A DNA stretch of 63,839 nt, the filler included, from Choristocarpus tenellus KU-1152 (taxonomy: Eukaryota; Protista; Phaeophyceae), in NCBI GenBank assembly GCA_964200185.2. It is 13 parts of 13 records of this genome, joined end to end, with 100 filler letters (N's around TTAATTAATTAA, not from the genome) between each part and the next. Parts side by side here need not be neighbours in the genome. Positions count along the whole stretch, not along the records: positions 35,002 to 39,668 come from CAXNAD020013548.1; positions 39,769 to 46,423 come from CAXNAD020007641.1; positions 46,524 to 51,480 come from CAXNAD020012384.1; positions 51,581 to 63,839 come from CAXNAD020001905.1; 9 more parts are not named here. One strand, given 5' to 3'. The position numbers and the translations under genes are program-made. The notes below the pieces were generated by a model. The model saw nothing but the letters and a program-made list of their open reading frames with translations, ran no database searches and was not told where the DNA came from. How positions within the stretch are numbered: position 1 is the stretch's first letter; every line of letters begins with the position of its first letter. Shown here piece after piece: positions 39,029 to 52,485 of the stretch.

Positions 39029-39301
39029 GAGTCAAAGTAAAGTAGAGGTTCCCAGTTTCAGGCCGTTTCGCATTTTAAATCCAATTTTTCAATCTCTTAT
39101 CATTCACCCATTTTTTTTTTCTTATGGATTAAATGATAACTCTGACTTGAGAGGGCTGATTTCGCTATTGTCTGGAACTTTTAAACACAATTCGGAAAAT
39201 GTCCTATACACGCATTTGTAAAAAAAAGTCTACTAATTTTGCACACACTTACCTACATCCTTAAAATTTCAAATCTGGGCACCTCTCCTCTACTTGGACT
39301 C
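39029..39301. mobile_element. MITE family C copy
   Basis: GAGTCAAAGTAAAGTAGAGGTTCCCAG...CTGGGCACCTCTCCTCTACTTGGACTC. Confidence 0.75.
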
Positions 39302-40518
39302 AATACCCCATGCGAAAAAACCCGGTAAAATCACCTCTAGATCAACTTACGGAAATTATCGAATGGATCCTGCTCTTAGCAACAATTCGGGTGGGGCCCT
39401 GGCCACTGTGTGCTGAGCTGGATCAAGACAACAAATGGTTAAAACCTTGAGGCACCTCATATGCCCGAATATTCCAAAAATGAATAAGGTTTAAACTACA
39501 CAATGAATTGTCCCAGTGTTAACATAAGTACTTTGAACTTCACACTTGTCCGGCATCTCAATACGTAGTTGAAAAGTAGCTAACACAAGAGAAAAAAAAC
39601 AATGGGGGGGGGGGGAGGGGGGGGGAAACAAGAGGCATAAAAAACAATCGGTCCACCCCTCTAAAACTNNNNNNNNNNNNNNNNNNNNNNNNNNNNNNNN
39701 NNNNNNNNNNNNTTAATTAATTAANNNNNNNNNNNNNNNNNNNNNNNNNNNNNNNNNNNNNNNNNNNNAATCCAAAACGCGCGACTAAAACACACAAAAA
39801 AAAAAAAAAACAAAAAAAGGGGGAAAAAACGGGTGCCGCCCCCCCCCCCCCCCCCCCAGATACTTTTACCCTAGTGGTAGTGGTAGTGGTAGTGGTAGCA
39901 GTATAACCGTTGTTGTTCCCATTGGCATGAGAGGTATCAGAACAAATGTATCTTCAAATAAGATAAATGGTAGCGTATAAGAGAAGCGTGGCAAAAAAAT
40001 TAAAACAAAACAAAACAAATAAAAAATAAGAGAGCCACAAGGTTGGAACAAAAAGGAGGTTGAAAACGGATTTTTTTTTTTTGTAAGAAAGATATCCAAG
40101 GAAGGGAAACAGGAGAATCTAGAGAGATGAATCGAACTCAGTCACTCCTAATCATATACTTTGACAGCACCCAGCAGCAGAGGACAGAGCACCATCGATG
40201 GCGTCAGCATGGTAATCCAGGTCCTAAGTAAGAATTGCCTGCATGATAGCAATGGAGGACTTATCCCTCCTATTCTTTTTATGTTTCCCTCAGTTTCGAT
40301 GTACCACACACACCTTATTTTTTTTTATTTGAAGCGGTATTGCTGCTGTGAAGAAAATAGAGGAGATTTACGTCAGTATGCGAAAAAATATATTTTATTC
40401 AAATCGTTTTAGAGGTAGCGCCCTCCTCTGGTTGCTCGATTCGTCCATATCTTTCTTCAGCTGACTTGCTGGTAGTGGAATATGCCACACTCCCTTGCTC
40501 CTCCACTGGTCTATGATT

Positions 40519-40782
40519 GAAGGAAAGTATTTTAAGAGGGGTAGGGCCGCGTCCGTTCACGGTCTTGAATCCGATCTTGCTACTTTGATGTAATTTTGAC
40601 TATCGTGTTTGTTGACAAGTATGAGTATCATTGTTCCGGTCACACCTTTCGTAGCGGTGTAAATCTTAGGTAACTTTGTTCACACAGAAAACCATAAGAG
40701 GGCGTAAAAAAAAAACATGGGGAGCCAAGACCCAAACGAATGAACACTGCAAAACTCTTACCCCCTTCAAATGCTTTGGGTC
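40519..40782 (+). mobile_element. MITE family A variant
   Basis: Internal sequence similar to family A; right end CCCCTTCAAATGCTTTGGGTC; flanks ATT/ATT. Confidence 0.75.
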
Positions 40783-42086
40783 ATTGTGTGCCCCGTCTTG
40801 ACCTTAACACCAATTTTCTCATCTTATCCAGTTGTAGTAGAGTACCACCAGGCAGGGACACGTCCTGCGTTGTGCCTGGTGGTACTCTGCATTCAGAGAG
40901 CCAGTTTGTTGCCGAGTACGTTGAACCATACCGTACCTGTCAATAACTCTTTCAAGCCATGTAGGGGAACTCATTTTGTGTATGAGGGACTGTTCGGGGG
41001 TTTTCGTTGGGTGGGCGATCCTTTCTGGATGGCCTCCAAATTGAAGACCACCACTGGGAAGCAATCGATTCTCAGGTGAAGGGGCGAGATGGTTGTCTGT
41101 GACTCCCTGCAACCTTTATACAGCAGTATCTCAATCTTAGGACAAAATCAGAGGGTTGCGGGATCGAAACTCGGCTGGGTTAGGGTTAGGGTTAGTAAAC
41201 TCGACTCGGCTTTCCCAACTCTCCTGCAGCAAGAGGTCCATCGTAGAGTGTGAGGGGAAGGGCCTGGGGGGTGCAGTCCGAGTGGGAAACAAAAAGATAA
41301 TAATGACTGCTCCACGAGAGTGCACAATAAGTTTGGGTGATGGACCACGAATTGTGTAGGGTAGGTTCCTAGTGTCTTGTTTTGTCAAACATGCACTTTA
41401 CCACTGATTGTGACTATCTACTACTCCTGGTGGAATAGGGGTACCTAAACGTTTGACAATGAGTATGGCAGGTAGTGGTGGCGGGGTCTTTCAAAGGCCT
41501 CCCTGGTGTGTACTACATATCAGGTGCTTTCATAGTCCTGTTGAGTCCAACCAACATATGACATTGGCATGGATCAATTCTTTATTTCTACATACAGTTG
41601 TGGAATGGACATGGTGAACAGATCACTTGCTTCAGAGGTTTCTCTCAAGATGAAGGGAGATCAGATGTATTGTCGGAATACTAGAGAGTGAGCCCGTTAA
41701 ATTGGATATGAGACGGACTGAAGGCGAGGCCAATGAGAAGACATGTAGATCGAAAAATATTGTGAATGATAGAGATATTAGACGACACTACATCTGCAAG
41801 ATACCAGTGGGCAAAATTGCATGCTTCGGAGTAGTGGACTGTTTGTCGAATATGTGAATTGATGCATATGAATCAAAATTTCGACTAGAACTTAGGGTTA
41901 GACAGGGTTATCTTCAGGAGGTGGCAGCCAACATGAAGTGCAGTCTTGTTGGGCATGTTCACAGGTATACCATTATCTGACGATAATAGGTGCAACTGTA
42001 CTCTTCTTGCTCACATACATTATACTAGATTTCTAGGTCATACTCCATTGGTTAGTCGAAAATTTTGGGGCAGTAATAGTAGTAGT

Positions 42087-42345
42087 GACCCGAAGTAAAC
42101 GAGAGGTACCCAGTTTTTGGCCGTTTCGCATTTTAAGCCAGTTTTTCAACCTTTTTTAATTCACCCATATTCCTGTGGATGAAGTGCTAAATTTGAGTTG
42201 AGAGGGTTTACTTGTCTACTGTTTCAAAGATTTGGACATACTTCGAAAATGTCCTACACACTTCTCCAAAAAAAGTCGAATTTTGGACATATTTTCCGAG
42301 ATCCAAAAAAATTAAACTCTGGGTACCTCTTGCTTACTTTGACTC
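42087..42345. mobile_element. MITE family C copy
   Basis: GACCCGAAGTAAACGAGAGGTACCCAG...CTGGGTACCTCTTGCTTACTTTGACTC; flanks AGT/AGT. Confidence 0.8.
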
Positions 42346-42887
42346 AGTATAATGTAAAAATGAAAAATAGTACGAATTTTTCGCGATATCGTTCATACAT
42401 CTTGTCTTTCTTATAGATTCAGGTTTTTCGCTCTCTGACACCACATCTTATTCAACATTTCAGTATGGAGAGAGATCAACAGTGGCTTCAGACCCACTAT
42501 ATCGTTGGTAACTCAATTTGAGACTTCAATATACACCCAGCAAATAAGTACTTGGATTCTATTCTTACCTGTCATTTGTCTCCTGATCGTCAGTAGCAAC
42601 AGGACACCTCTAACCCTCACAATAACTGAGGGACCTGGCAACTCTGTACAAAATCTGGACAGGTAAAATTGCTTTGACCACCGTCATCAGATACTGATTC
42701 CTGGAAGGAGTTCCAATGGCAGAGATAATTAGTGTTCTAAGTGGTGTTGAAAGTGCATAGAGCTGAGGACCAAATGTTTTCTTAATGAAACTAGATTTTT
42801 TTATATTTTTGGAATCTCATATTGTTGGGCCTGTGGACTATCTATCTCGCTCTAGATGGGAACCCCCTGTCCAATACGTATATTATT

Positions 42888-44482
42888 CTCCCTCTGTACC
42901 ATAACTCTGTAGCGCTAAGAATTTCACCCTCTGTTTGACTACTTCTTCACGAACACAACGACTCTCCCAGTAGTGATGTTTGGCTCAAATTGAAGCTCTG
43001 GATATAATTGCTCGGAAGATGTTTTTCGGTTTTCGAACTTTGTTCCGAAACAGTTCTGAATCTGTTACGATAATCGGAGCCCAAAAACGGTCCTTTTCCA
43101 CCCCATTTTCGGTGTCTACACTGCGCCCAGGCGCAAGTATAACATCCCCTCATTGTCACACATCTCAGCAACTCGACAAGAGCCGTACAACTCTCGCTTA
43201 GCCTCCAGACCATCTGGAAGGCAAGTCCCTTAGCCAATATGACCATTCTGGCAAGTCCACCGTGTTTAGGAGTCCATCGGTCCAGGGTAAAAAGTGGGAG
43301 CTGAGCGAGGAAGGTCGAAGTGCACTGTCCGCACGTTGCACTTCAGCACTACCTCGAGGTAAGAAAAGGCTTCCAAAAGGCGTTGGACCAGAGTTGGCAG
43401 AGCAGTTTGGAGTTGGCGAAAAATATTCGAGACAACTGTGGGTGAGTGTACAAGAACAATTGGACAACAAGCTTTTCCTGAAATCAGCCTCCATGAGACA
43501 GGCGGCCATCGGACTTCACACCAACAAAGCATGAGAAGGTTCGAAAGCTCAACGCCATGAATCGAACCCTGACCCTCGATCAACTGTCTGCTAAACTAGC
43601 CGAAGCCCGTCTCGTAGCCAGCACCTGAACGTTTCAGCAATGGCTGAAAAAAGTGATAAGCGTAAAGGAAGGCGAAACGGTGTATTGCCCCGAGTCTGTT
43701 GCTGTCGTGTCGAAAGAACCGGGTAAATATCATCCTTGAACAAGCAGCAAGGAACCATATCAATAGCAGAAGTAGCCTCAACGCGATTCGTATCGACAAA
43801 GCATGGTTCTACGTAACTGGGAGCACATCCGCACGTTGCCCAGAGAGGACAGTGTTACAACTTCGATGTGACTATTGACGCCGAGTGGTACTGGAAGTGG
43901 CATACACTTGGGAGACTTTTTTCTCCCTGCATTGAAGGAAAAAATGCCGTGGTTGGAGGGTGAGGAGGTGGTCACGCAGCAAAGGACAAAGTGACCCCCG
44001 ATACGGGAAAAGATACTAACCCTAACCCTAACCCTAACTCGACGAAGACGGGAGGGAGGGGGGGTGGAACGTCAAGGTGATAACGCAGCCTGTGCATTGA
44101 GTTTGGAGGGAGATATCGTAGTACGATAGACGACCTTGTGAAGGGGGTGAAGACCACGTACAGCGTTTATGGCTGCAGCTAGTTTAGAGAGGTGTGGCAG
44201 AGCCTCTTTAGGTGGTACAATCAAGTTTTGAAGGCGCTAAGGGGAAACGATTTCGAGGTACAGCGTGCTAGAACCAAGAAGAGGCAGATTAAGGGAAATC
44301 TGCTAAAATCGGTCAGAATCGACAGAGGAGGTTTCGATGTGGCTATGATTGGTGGATTGAAGGGGACGAGGAAAGTGACGAAAACATCGAGGAATCCAAC
44401 TTAAAAAACGTTTTTCTCATCGGAGGTCATCTCGACAAGTTAGTTATACCCTTAACCTCGCAGACTTATGGGACAGAGGGGC
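42888..44482 (+). mobile_element. Decayed Tc1/mariner DD39D-type (Stowaway/Osmar-like TIR) DNA transposon, about 1.6 kb
   Basis: TIRs CTCCCTCTGTACCATAA (42888-42904) and TTATGGGACAGAGGGGC (44466-44482), 14/17 match, with TA on the right flank; encloses the transposase pseudogene below. Confidence 0.8.
43262..44370 (+). pseudogene. Mariner DD39D-like transposase pseudogene
   Basis: Frameshifted fragments in the expected order: HTH (RLPKGVGPELAEQFGV...LW), NAIRIDKAWFYVT (cf. HIDEKWFY), LPALKEKMPW...VVTQQ (cf. IQQDNA), GWNVKVITQP, TIDDLVKGV...VWQSLFRWYNQVLKALRGNDFEV. Confidence 0.8.
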
Positions 44483-45136
44483 TATACGGTTGAACTTCAA
44501 GAGGTTGGTGTTGAAAATTGAATGGTTTGCATCTAAAGGATTTTCGCTAGGTCAGGAAGTTCACCAAACCACACGATCTGGTCCAAGATTGTGGATAGAC
44601 CACGGACCACACATTAGGGAGGTCCTTCTGAATATGTCACAGGACTAGGACGGGATATAATACAGAGGAAACCGTACACAGAGACGGTCTTACCCGGATC
44701 ATAGAAAGGTGCATTATGGATTCGAGACTGAACCTGTCAGAAATATCTGAAAAGCGTGCTACAATCCAGAGGAAATCTTCCACAACTGACTATCCCGGGG
44801 AAAAATTCTGCTAATAAAATAATAATATGCTTATTTTCAACGGTCAAAAAGGAAGAAAACGAACTCTGAACATAATCTGTCAAAGGAACCAATCCGATGT
44901 TGTAATAATGTGAGTTTCATCTGAAGATTTCAGGTGCAAAAGTAACTGTCAGGTAGTGCATGCATCCATCTCCCTTGAAATACTTCATGGACGCCAGTAT
45001 CATCGTAGTCATACATATACACACCCACGGGTTGTAGACAAGTTAATGATACAATTAATAATACATCGTCATTCTTGTTGTTGTTGTGTTGACTACTTCT
45101 TGGTATGAGCAATACGAGTGTTTTCTAACAAAACCT

Positions 45137-45391
45137 CGAAGTATCTTAGATGGTAGAGCCGCGTCCATTTGGGGGCCAAAATCCAATGCTGCGATTTCGA
45201 TGTAATTTTGACCTTCATGTTTGTTACGAAGTGCCTTTATCCATGTTCTGGACAGACCTTTTCATAACGAACACATTTTAACTACTTACGAAAAAAAATG
45301 GAGTAGGAAAATGTCATTAAAATCCCATGGGAAGCCAAGCCTCAAACAGACAAATAGGGCAAAACTCATACCCTCTAAGATACTTTCAATC
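45137..45391 (+). mobile_element. MITE family A copy (left terminus clipped), just upstream of the ATP-grasp-like exon
   Basis: CGAAGTATCTTAGATGGTAG...TACCCTCTAAGATACTTTCAATC; flanks ACCT/ACCT. Confidence 0.85.
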
Positions 45392-45435
45392 ACCTCAATG
45401 TGGTGCTGGAACCCACTCACCTACTTTCCTGGCAG

Positions 45436-46246
45436 GACGTTGGAGATGTGTGTTCAACCTGGGTCCCTACTTCAGAAGACCACCGACTGCTTCACCCGTC
45501 CCGGCTCAGTTCAGCTCGTAAACAAGGATCGCGAGCAGCTCCTCAAGGACTACAAAAAGTGAGAGAGAGGGCGTTGCATTTTCTGTTCTTTGCTTGGTGG
45601 TGTAATGTGTCACTGGCGTGATGTGATCATTCTCAGCATTTTAAACAGGGCGATCTTCTTAGGCAGATAACAATATTATCCAGAATATCCTGATCTCCTC
45701 CAATGAGAATTGGAGGTTAGCGGATTGGTGTTGACGTTTTGGTGTTTATGGAGTAGTTGTATTGAATTGTACAGTTCGCAGTTTCAAGCGTAGTCATATT
45801 GCATCACTGGCTAAACTGGAACATGTTCAACGCTGGTGGTAGATCTAACCAGATCAAGGGTTTGAACTATACCCTACGAATTTTGTTTCAGTAGATTATT
45901 GCTTGTGGATGGTAGTTCAGAGTGTTTGAAAAACACACATATATATACTCCAAGTACATAAAAAAACATTGTTATTTCGATCAATCTTTTGAATCTATTT
46001 CTATCAAAATATGTTTTGTCATCACTCCAAGAACCATATTTTCACACCTCTTGTCTCATCATGTCGCTCCATCTGAATTCAAAATGTAGGATCCGTCAAC
46101 TTGAGGAATCGTGCCTTTTTGAACTGACGGAGGAGGATCTTCGCAATGATGGAAAAACAGCAGAAGAGGTGTTGGCTACACAGGACAATCACAGCGCACC
46201 CTCCTCTCCACCCTCCCATGCCCTAGGTCACCTTGTCATCATCTGA
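45436..46246 (+). CDS. Last two exons of a probable ATP-grasp-domain (carboxylate-amine ligase-like) protein
   Basis: Exons 45436-45558 (GGCAG|...AA|GTGAG) and 46090-46246 (TGTAG|G...TGA) join in phase 2 to give TLEMCVQPGSLLQKTTDCFTRPGSVQLVNKDREQLLKDYKKIRQLEESCLFEL..., resembling the ATP-grasp C-terminal pattern PG.L.KT.D..T.PG.V.L...D...L..DY..IR.LE. The family call is from memory of the motif. Confidence 0.65.
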
Positions 46247-46373
46247 GAAGGCAAACCTTGACTCTAAATGCCCTTCCATTCCAACTCCCTCAGCTGACAT
46301 ACGTAAACTTGTTGAGTCTCCACCGCAATTGGAAACCCTATCGATTCACCCCCCAAACCCCCAGCCCCCCAAA

Positions 46374-46423
<50 letters not shown>

Positions 46424-47144
46424 NNNNNNNNNNNNNNNNNNNNNNNNNNNNNNNNNNNNNNNNNNNNTTAATTAATTAANNNNNNNNNNNNNNNNNNNNN
46501 NNNNNNNNNNNNNNNNNNNNNNNCCAACAACGACATATATATAGTTTTCATTGGTTTCCCCCCTGACACATCTGCAAAATGTCAGAGGGCATAAAATATA
46601 TATAGCATATGCTAAATTTTTTTTAAATGACATTTTCAGTAGTTTTCATTGCATTTCCCCTAACACATCTGGAAAATATTAGATGGTATAATCAATAGAA
46701 TGTACTACTACTATATAATGTTCTGAATTGTAGTGATGTAATAGGTTTCATATGACTAAATTGTAGTTTAATCGAAACAGAAATTCTTGGAACTAATAAT
46801 TCGTGGTTCTTTCATCTCTATATGTCTGCATAGTGAATGATTGAGACACAACAACACGGTCATCTATCTACACACTTATACGATATTTTTCGGACTCCGT
46901 AATAGGCCATGGGTGCACCTAGGTACACTGAAGACGTTGAGAGTGGATTCCTACATGAGAATGAGGTCAACTTCGATCCATCTGAAGGACAATATGTCCT
47001 CTAGCGTGTGAAGAATGACGGCAAGGTAGGTGTGAAGGATTAGATGATGGAGAGCTTGCCTTGAATGTGGTTGAGCTGACGGTCGAACAAGAGAAAAAGG
47101 ATGGCGCCAAGGAATAACAAGCAATGAAACTCCATGAGTCGACT

Positions 47145-48755
47145 GATATCTAGAACTTCTTTTTTAGTGTGTACACACGAGTGGGAGAATGCCCCATGCT
47201 TCTGTATGCTCTATCTGCCTGAAGAACGGCAACTTCTAAAAATTCGAGATCAAGATAGGAGATAATAAGTCGACGTCCAAACCTAGAAATCATCACTTGC
47301 AGAGTTTGAACCCTGGAGAAATGGAAGTATTTCCTAAATTGAAGGAGATCAGGGACCAAATCGAAACGTTGTTTTCAGGTTGTCAGCTGTGGGCGGGCTC
47401 GTAGTTTTCGCCCAAGGTACCAGAGTGGGTCACTCTCATTTGCCGCTTCATCGTCATGGACAATCAGCAACCTTTGGGGAGACAGTCTCATATCCCAGCC
47501 CTTCACATCTTGCTCTAACTACCTTCACACCATGGATTTCAATTGCCATTCTTGATTTTCGATCTTTGGGCATGTTACCATTTGTAAATGTTATGCTCCA
47601 CGTTCTCATTGATATCACATCAAAATGGAGTGTTAGCTCGTTAAGAGCTAAATCGGTTGAGAGTTAGGCAGGGTTGCATATAGAGAATCCCTAAAAAGTA
47701 TAATTATTCTATTTTATATAACTAACAGCCGATTTCAAAAATTGAGGATGGGCTTGACCCAAAATTGACTGGGATAAAGTGTCGACATGATTTTTTTTTA
47801 AATGACGACATGATTTTTTTTTCAATTCTAAAGGTTGCGTAAATGTTACCATCGAACAACTATATTATGCTGTTTGTCGTTTCTAGTACTCAAACGAAGA
47901 ATGTAGTAAAAGAGTTTCTGGAGCCCATTATGCACAGAAGAACTCTATGTTGATACATATGTGACAGTGCATCTAGTCATCCCCAATATCAATGATGTTG
48001 TACGAGTGGAGATGAAGAAAGCAGTGGAAGGCCGGCAGCGCCTTCAAAGCAAACCACCATCCCCGAAAAATTATTAGAGAAAAATGCTGTACACACCAGC
48101 GTGCAGGGGTGATGATGACTGATCTTGTGAATCGCTTTGGTATATATAGGCAGTACTCTCAGGATGGAAACAGGCAGCCGAGAGGATGGGAGTGGAAGCA
48201 GGTCTTGACAACTTGTTTAGACCCCCCTGATGTTAAAATTCTTAATTGGATTCCTGAGAATTAGATACTTGAAGACAGACGGAGTTTGAGGTTTTAGGTG
48301 TTTTGGAAGAGGACCACATAGCACAAAAGAGATATGAGATAATAGTCCTCTTGCGGAATAGAGCCCACATGCACGTATTACCCATAATATTGAGTGGGGG
48401 CAGTCTTACCAGAAAAAGGCATACATAGTTTGTAAACCCTCCCTTGCAATGTGTGTGGGGGATTCAGGCGGTGGTGGTGGTGGGATATAGGAGCCCACTA
48501 TCATCCGAGCACATGGATGAAGCAGCATGTGTAGAGGTTGATGTGTTTAAGGTTAGAGAAGGGCTCCCCATAATTGACTTGGGCAGTGGAGTTTTCAGCA
48601 ACACATTTAAGTGGTGGCGGGAAACGAGCTCCAAATTTCCGCGCCTAGACAACTTGCCCGCCATATTTTGCGCGTTCCTGCTGCATAAGTAGACTCGGAA
48701 CACATGTTCTCTACACCTGGGAATATTCCGACTTCCAAACGGAACAGGAAGTGTT
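47145..48755 (+). pseudogene. Decayed hAT transposase (BED finger and C-terminal dimerisation remnants)
   Basis: About 47195-47320 reads HASVCSICLK...KIGDNKSTSKPRNHHLQ (BED-like). About 48600-48755 reads KWWRETSSKFPRL then, frameshifted, QLARHILRVPAA*VDSEHMFSTPGNI...KRNR (hAT dimerisation motif). Stops, frameshifts and an inserted repeat at 47724. Confidence 0.7.
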
Positions 48756-51700
48756 TGGGAGGCTGCGAAAAAGGGCAGCAGAAACAATTACCACATTAAC
48801 ATCATGGCAACACAATGTGTGACACAGCATACACAGATACTAGATGTAACAAAGGTATAAAAATAATGTACATAATTCCTTATTCCGAAATGTTCCTCTT
48901 GACAACTCTTCAGTCTACTTTTAACTACCAAAACATTAAAACAGATATGTAAACAGACCCTTTAGACAACACATCCAAGTGTATATATTAATAGTAGTGG
49001 AGAAAGAGGACAAAAATGAAGTGTAACTAAAAAATATATCGGTCTAATGGGATTATTAGGAATGGGAGGTCGTTGGCGTTTTGAGTTCGTCGAAGGTCGG
49101 GGAGTTTCCCTTGTACTTGTTCATATCCATATTTTCATGCCGATTCAACCTGTTTTTGTGTTATTCTTTCGATTCATACTATTACTATACCCCCATATTC
49201 CACATATCTAATGCGGATTCTATATTCTCTTACCTTCAAAAATGGATCTCAAAGTCGTAGACAAAACAAAAAAACAATATTTTTTTACGACTCTCAACTT
49301 CTATCTCTTGTTGTATGAAGTATTATTTCAAAGAATAATAAATTCAATACACCAAATCACAAGGGTTATAACCGAACTTAACTGGCTTTTTCATCAATGG
49401 AGATTTTATTGTTGTGTTTTTTGTACGGGTTTCTCTTTAGTGTGTGTAAGGTAGAAACTTCTGATATTTTCTTTTCATGTATGAAGAACCCTATGTTTCT
49501 TACTTCTTTCTTCTTTCTATATCTTGTTGAATTGTTGGTATTCTGCATATAGTATATCTGATTTTTCAACCACCCATGTATAATACAACTCTTCGTTTTT
49601 TTCTGCTCTCTTTTTTTTTGCCACAGGGGAGTAGTACCAATAATATACTCAGAAGTATTGTTTTCTGGATGACGTGTATGTGTTATGTATCGTATAGGTG
49701 TATTAATAGTAACCACGTTCGTAGGGGTACAACCACAGGCGCGTTGAAAATTACAATTTAATAGTAGGTCTTCCGTAATATAGGAAGTAATGTGGCAAAA
49801 CCCAGAATTTTCGTCAAGCAAAGAGCGCGCGATGCAAGGTTGCTGCTTAATTTCTAAGTCGTCAATAATAGCAGTGTAAGCTGGTAATGGGCATTACTTT
49901 GGTATTTCTTTGCATTTCTTGTGGAGAGCATGTATTTACGCTTCTTTTTTTTTTTATTCCTTTATATTCTCTCCCTTTTTAGCATACGTTTTTCTCGTAC
50001 CTTTGATATATCATTATTTTGCTCTTACAATGACAAGCTCATGCAGTTGGATGGTTGGGCGGTCTTCTACCAGTAGCTGGATTCACTCGTCTCTATATCA
50101 TCATTCTGGGTTGTTCGTTATTTAACGGTTTCAGTATCCCTGGTGTATGGTATCTTGTTATTCAGTCAGACATACTTGGAAGGCGTCAGTATGTTTAGCC
50201 TTTGATTGCTGCCTTCACCACATTTTGATACACCTGTATTCATACCGACTATTTCCTTTCTTAGATGAGACTGGGTGATGTACAATTGTTACAACGCCTT
50301 GGTAGGACCACCATAGGTTACCTCCACGGGATGTATAGCTCCAGTCCACAAGCCTACAGATGCCGCTGATGCACGTATAGGACTCTTAATGCACAAGTCG
50401 TCAAGTATGCTGGATCTCTAACTTGGAATTTTCCCTTGATAAGTATCAATATCATCGTATAAAATGAACTGGTCAGCGATGTCTTATTTTTATCGAGCAT
50501 CATAATCATCAAAATAATACATAAATAGTCAAGAAGTACAAATATATCAAATCTAGGAGTTCAAGGTCACAATGATATTTATGACACCGCCATCAAGACG
50601 TATCGCCTGTAACACAATACTTCCTCCCCTACCGCGCAGGGATTCGTCACCTCATCCTCAATATATCATCCCATACTCTCAAAGTAATGTGTAGAATAGG
50701 TGGTGTTCTTGTGCATGCGCTTGTGTGTGTTCTTCCATCCTTTTTTTCTATGCATGGGAATGGAGTGTGAAGAAACTGACTAAGATGTTTATTTTCACTA
50801 ACAGATAATTCTTTATCTATTTGGATTAAGCGTCGTCACTCACATCAACAATTCGATCAATAGGGTTTGCACAGGTGCTGGATTGAGTGCTTCCACCTAC
50901 TCCATGTATCTCCACATTGAACTGGGGTTCATCATACAAAAAAGCTCAAAACTTCTTTGCATTATCAGTGGTATATATACACTCTGTAGGGCCTGGATAT
51001 TGCTCCACCTTCCCTGAAGGATGGTACAGTCCCTTCCTTGTTAGGACATGCTTGCTTGCCTGGATTACCTTTCAAGGGTATCGTCATGATGCCAGCTATA
51101 AATGGAATATTTTCTTCCATCCAAAAGCAGGAGCGTCCCTGTCTGTGGTGAAGTCAATTTGTTGGAAGAGGTATCCTTTTGACATATCCCATCTAGTTAT
51201 TTCTATGTCGGTTATTATTGCATGTGATGAGCCAAACCAATTGGGAGGTAGGCAGTTTTGGATACTTTTGCATTCTACACCTTCTTACCCTGTGCAATAC
51301 ATTCATTTTCATTGCTTTAGGTGCACCATAGTATACGCAAAATTGATATTTCCCTTTCCACACGAAAGGTTACACCACAATTCAGTAAAAGGCTCAAAGT
51401 ATCTGAGGGGGGGGGGGGGGGGGGGGGCTGCCCATTTGGGGCCCCTTTTTCGATGTGGCGATTTTGGGGGGGTTTGGTTGNNNNNNNNNNNNNNNNNNNN
51501 NNNNNNNNNNNNNNNNNNNNNNNNTTAATTAATTAANNNNNNNNNNNNNNNNNNNNNNNNNNNNNNNNNNNNNNNNNNNNCCCCCACCCCCCCAGATACT
51601 TTGGGTCTGCAGGGAGAGGGTGGGCCGCTTCCAACTACTATAACAATACTCCTCTTGCGTTGAACATTCGAATAGTCGATACTAAGTTGTATATAAAATG

Positions 51701-52485
51701 CATTAAAATATAAAAGTAGAGACTGAAGTAGATGTACACTGAACAGTGGTCAGTTGATGGCCAGCAAAAGGTATTTTTTACTATACTATAAAGTGGATGT
51801 GAATTGCTTATTGAAGTAGGCTAGAAGAATACACATGACAGCAAATTCATTGATAGTGGTTAACTTGTCTGTCTTACCCTTTCCGTAATACTATGATCAT
51901 TAACAGTACTACTTTGGGTTGATTATACACAAAATAAGTAACGGTCAGAGTAGTCTTAATAGTTCTTCTAGTGAGTGGGCGGAGTATAGAATCTGCTCTC
52001 TCTCTGCATGGTTTCACATTGTTGATACTTATATCTGTTAATTGTCCAACACCTTGTGCTTAAATACTTTGTATTTCGTAGTGTTCTATATAATAGTTCG
52101 AAGTAGTATTAGTAGTAGAGCGTTATACAACAGAAAAGGTAGGAACTGTGTTGTTTTCCTACCTCCTGTCCACATGTTCCCATGTATAATAACAATGACC
52201 CGTTTGACTGCATATCCCTTCATTTATCATGATTCGTGAGAGTATCATACTAGGGTTGGAAGTGTATCTACTACCTCATCATTGTCACCTCCTTTCTTTT
52301 AGATGATTTTCTTTTGCCTGCTTCAATCAATATCATTACTCACTCCTCCCTCTTCCCTGCACACCAACGGACCTAATTGATATTTCTTGCTACTATTTCT
52401 ACTACCACTGTGAGGTCAACCGTTATCTTTCTCATTGGTTGGAATTGAAGTAAGCCTATATGCATTTGCATTTTTCCCGCTACAG

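Noticed and set aside
50887-51528. 213-aa ORF, the longest in the track
   Set aside because: Runs through a dispersed non-coding repeat (also at about 12496, 32000 and 34590), a MITE end and Ns; composition is not protein-like.
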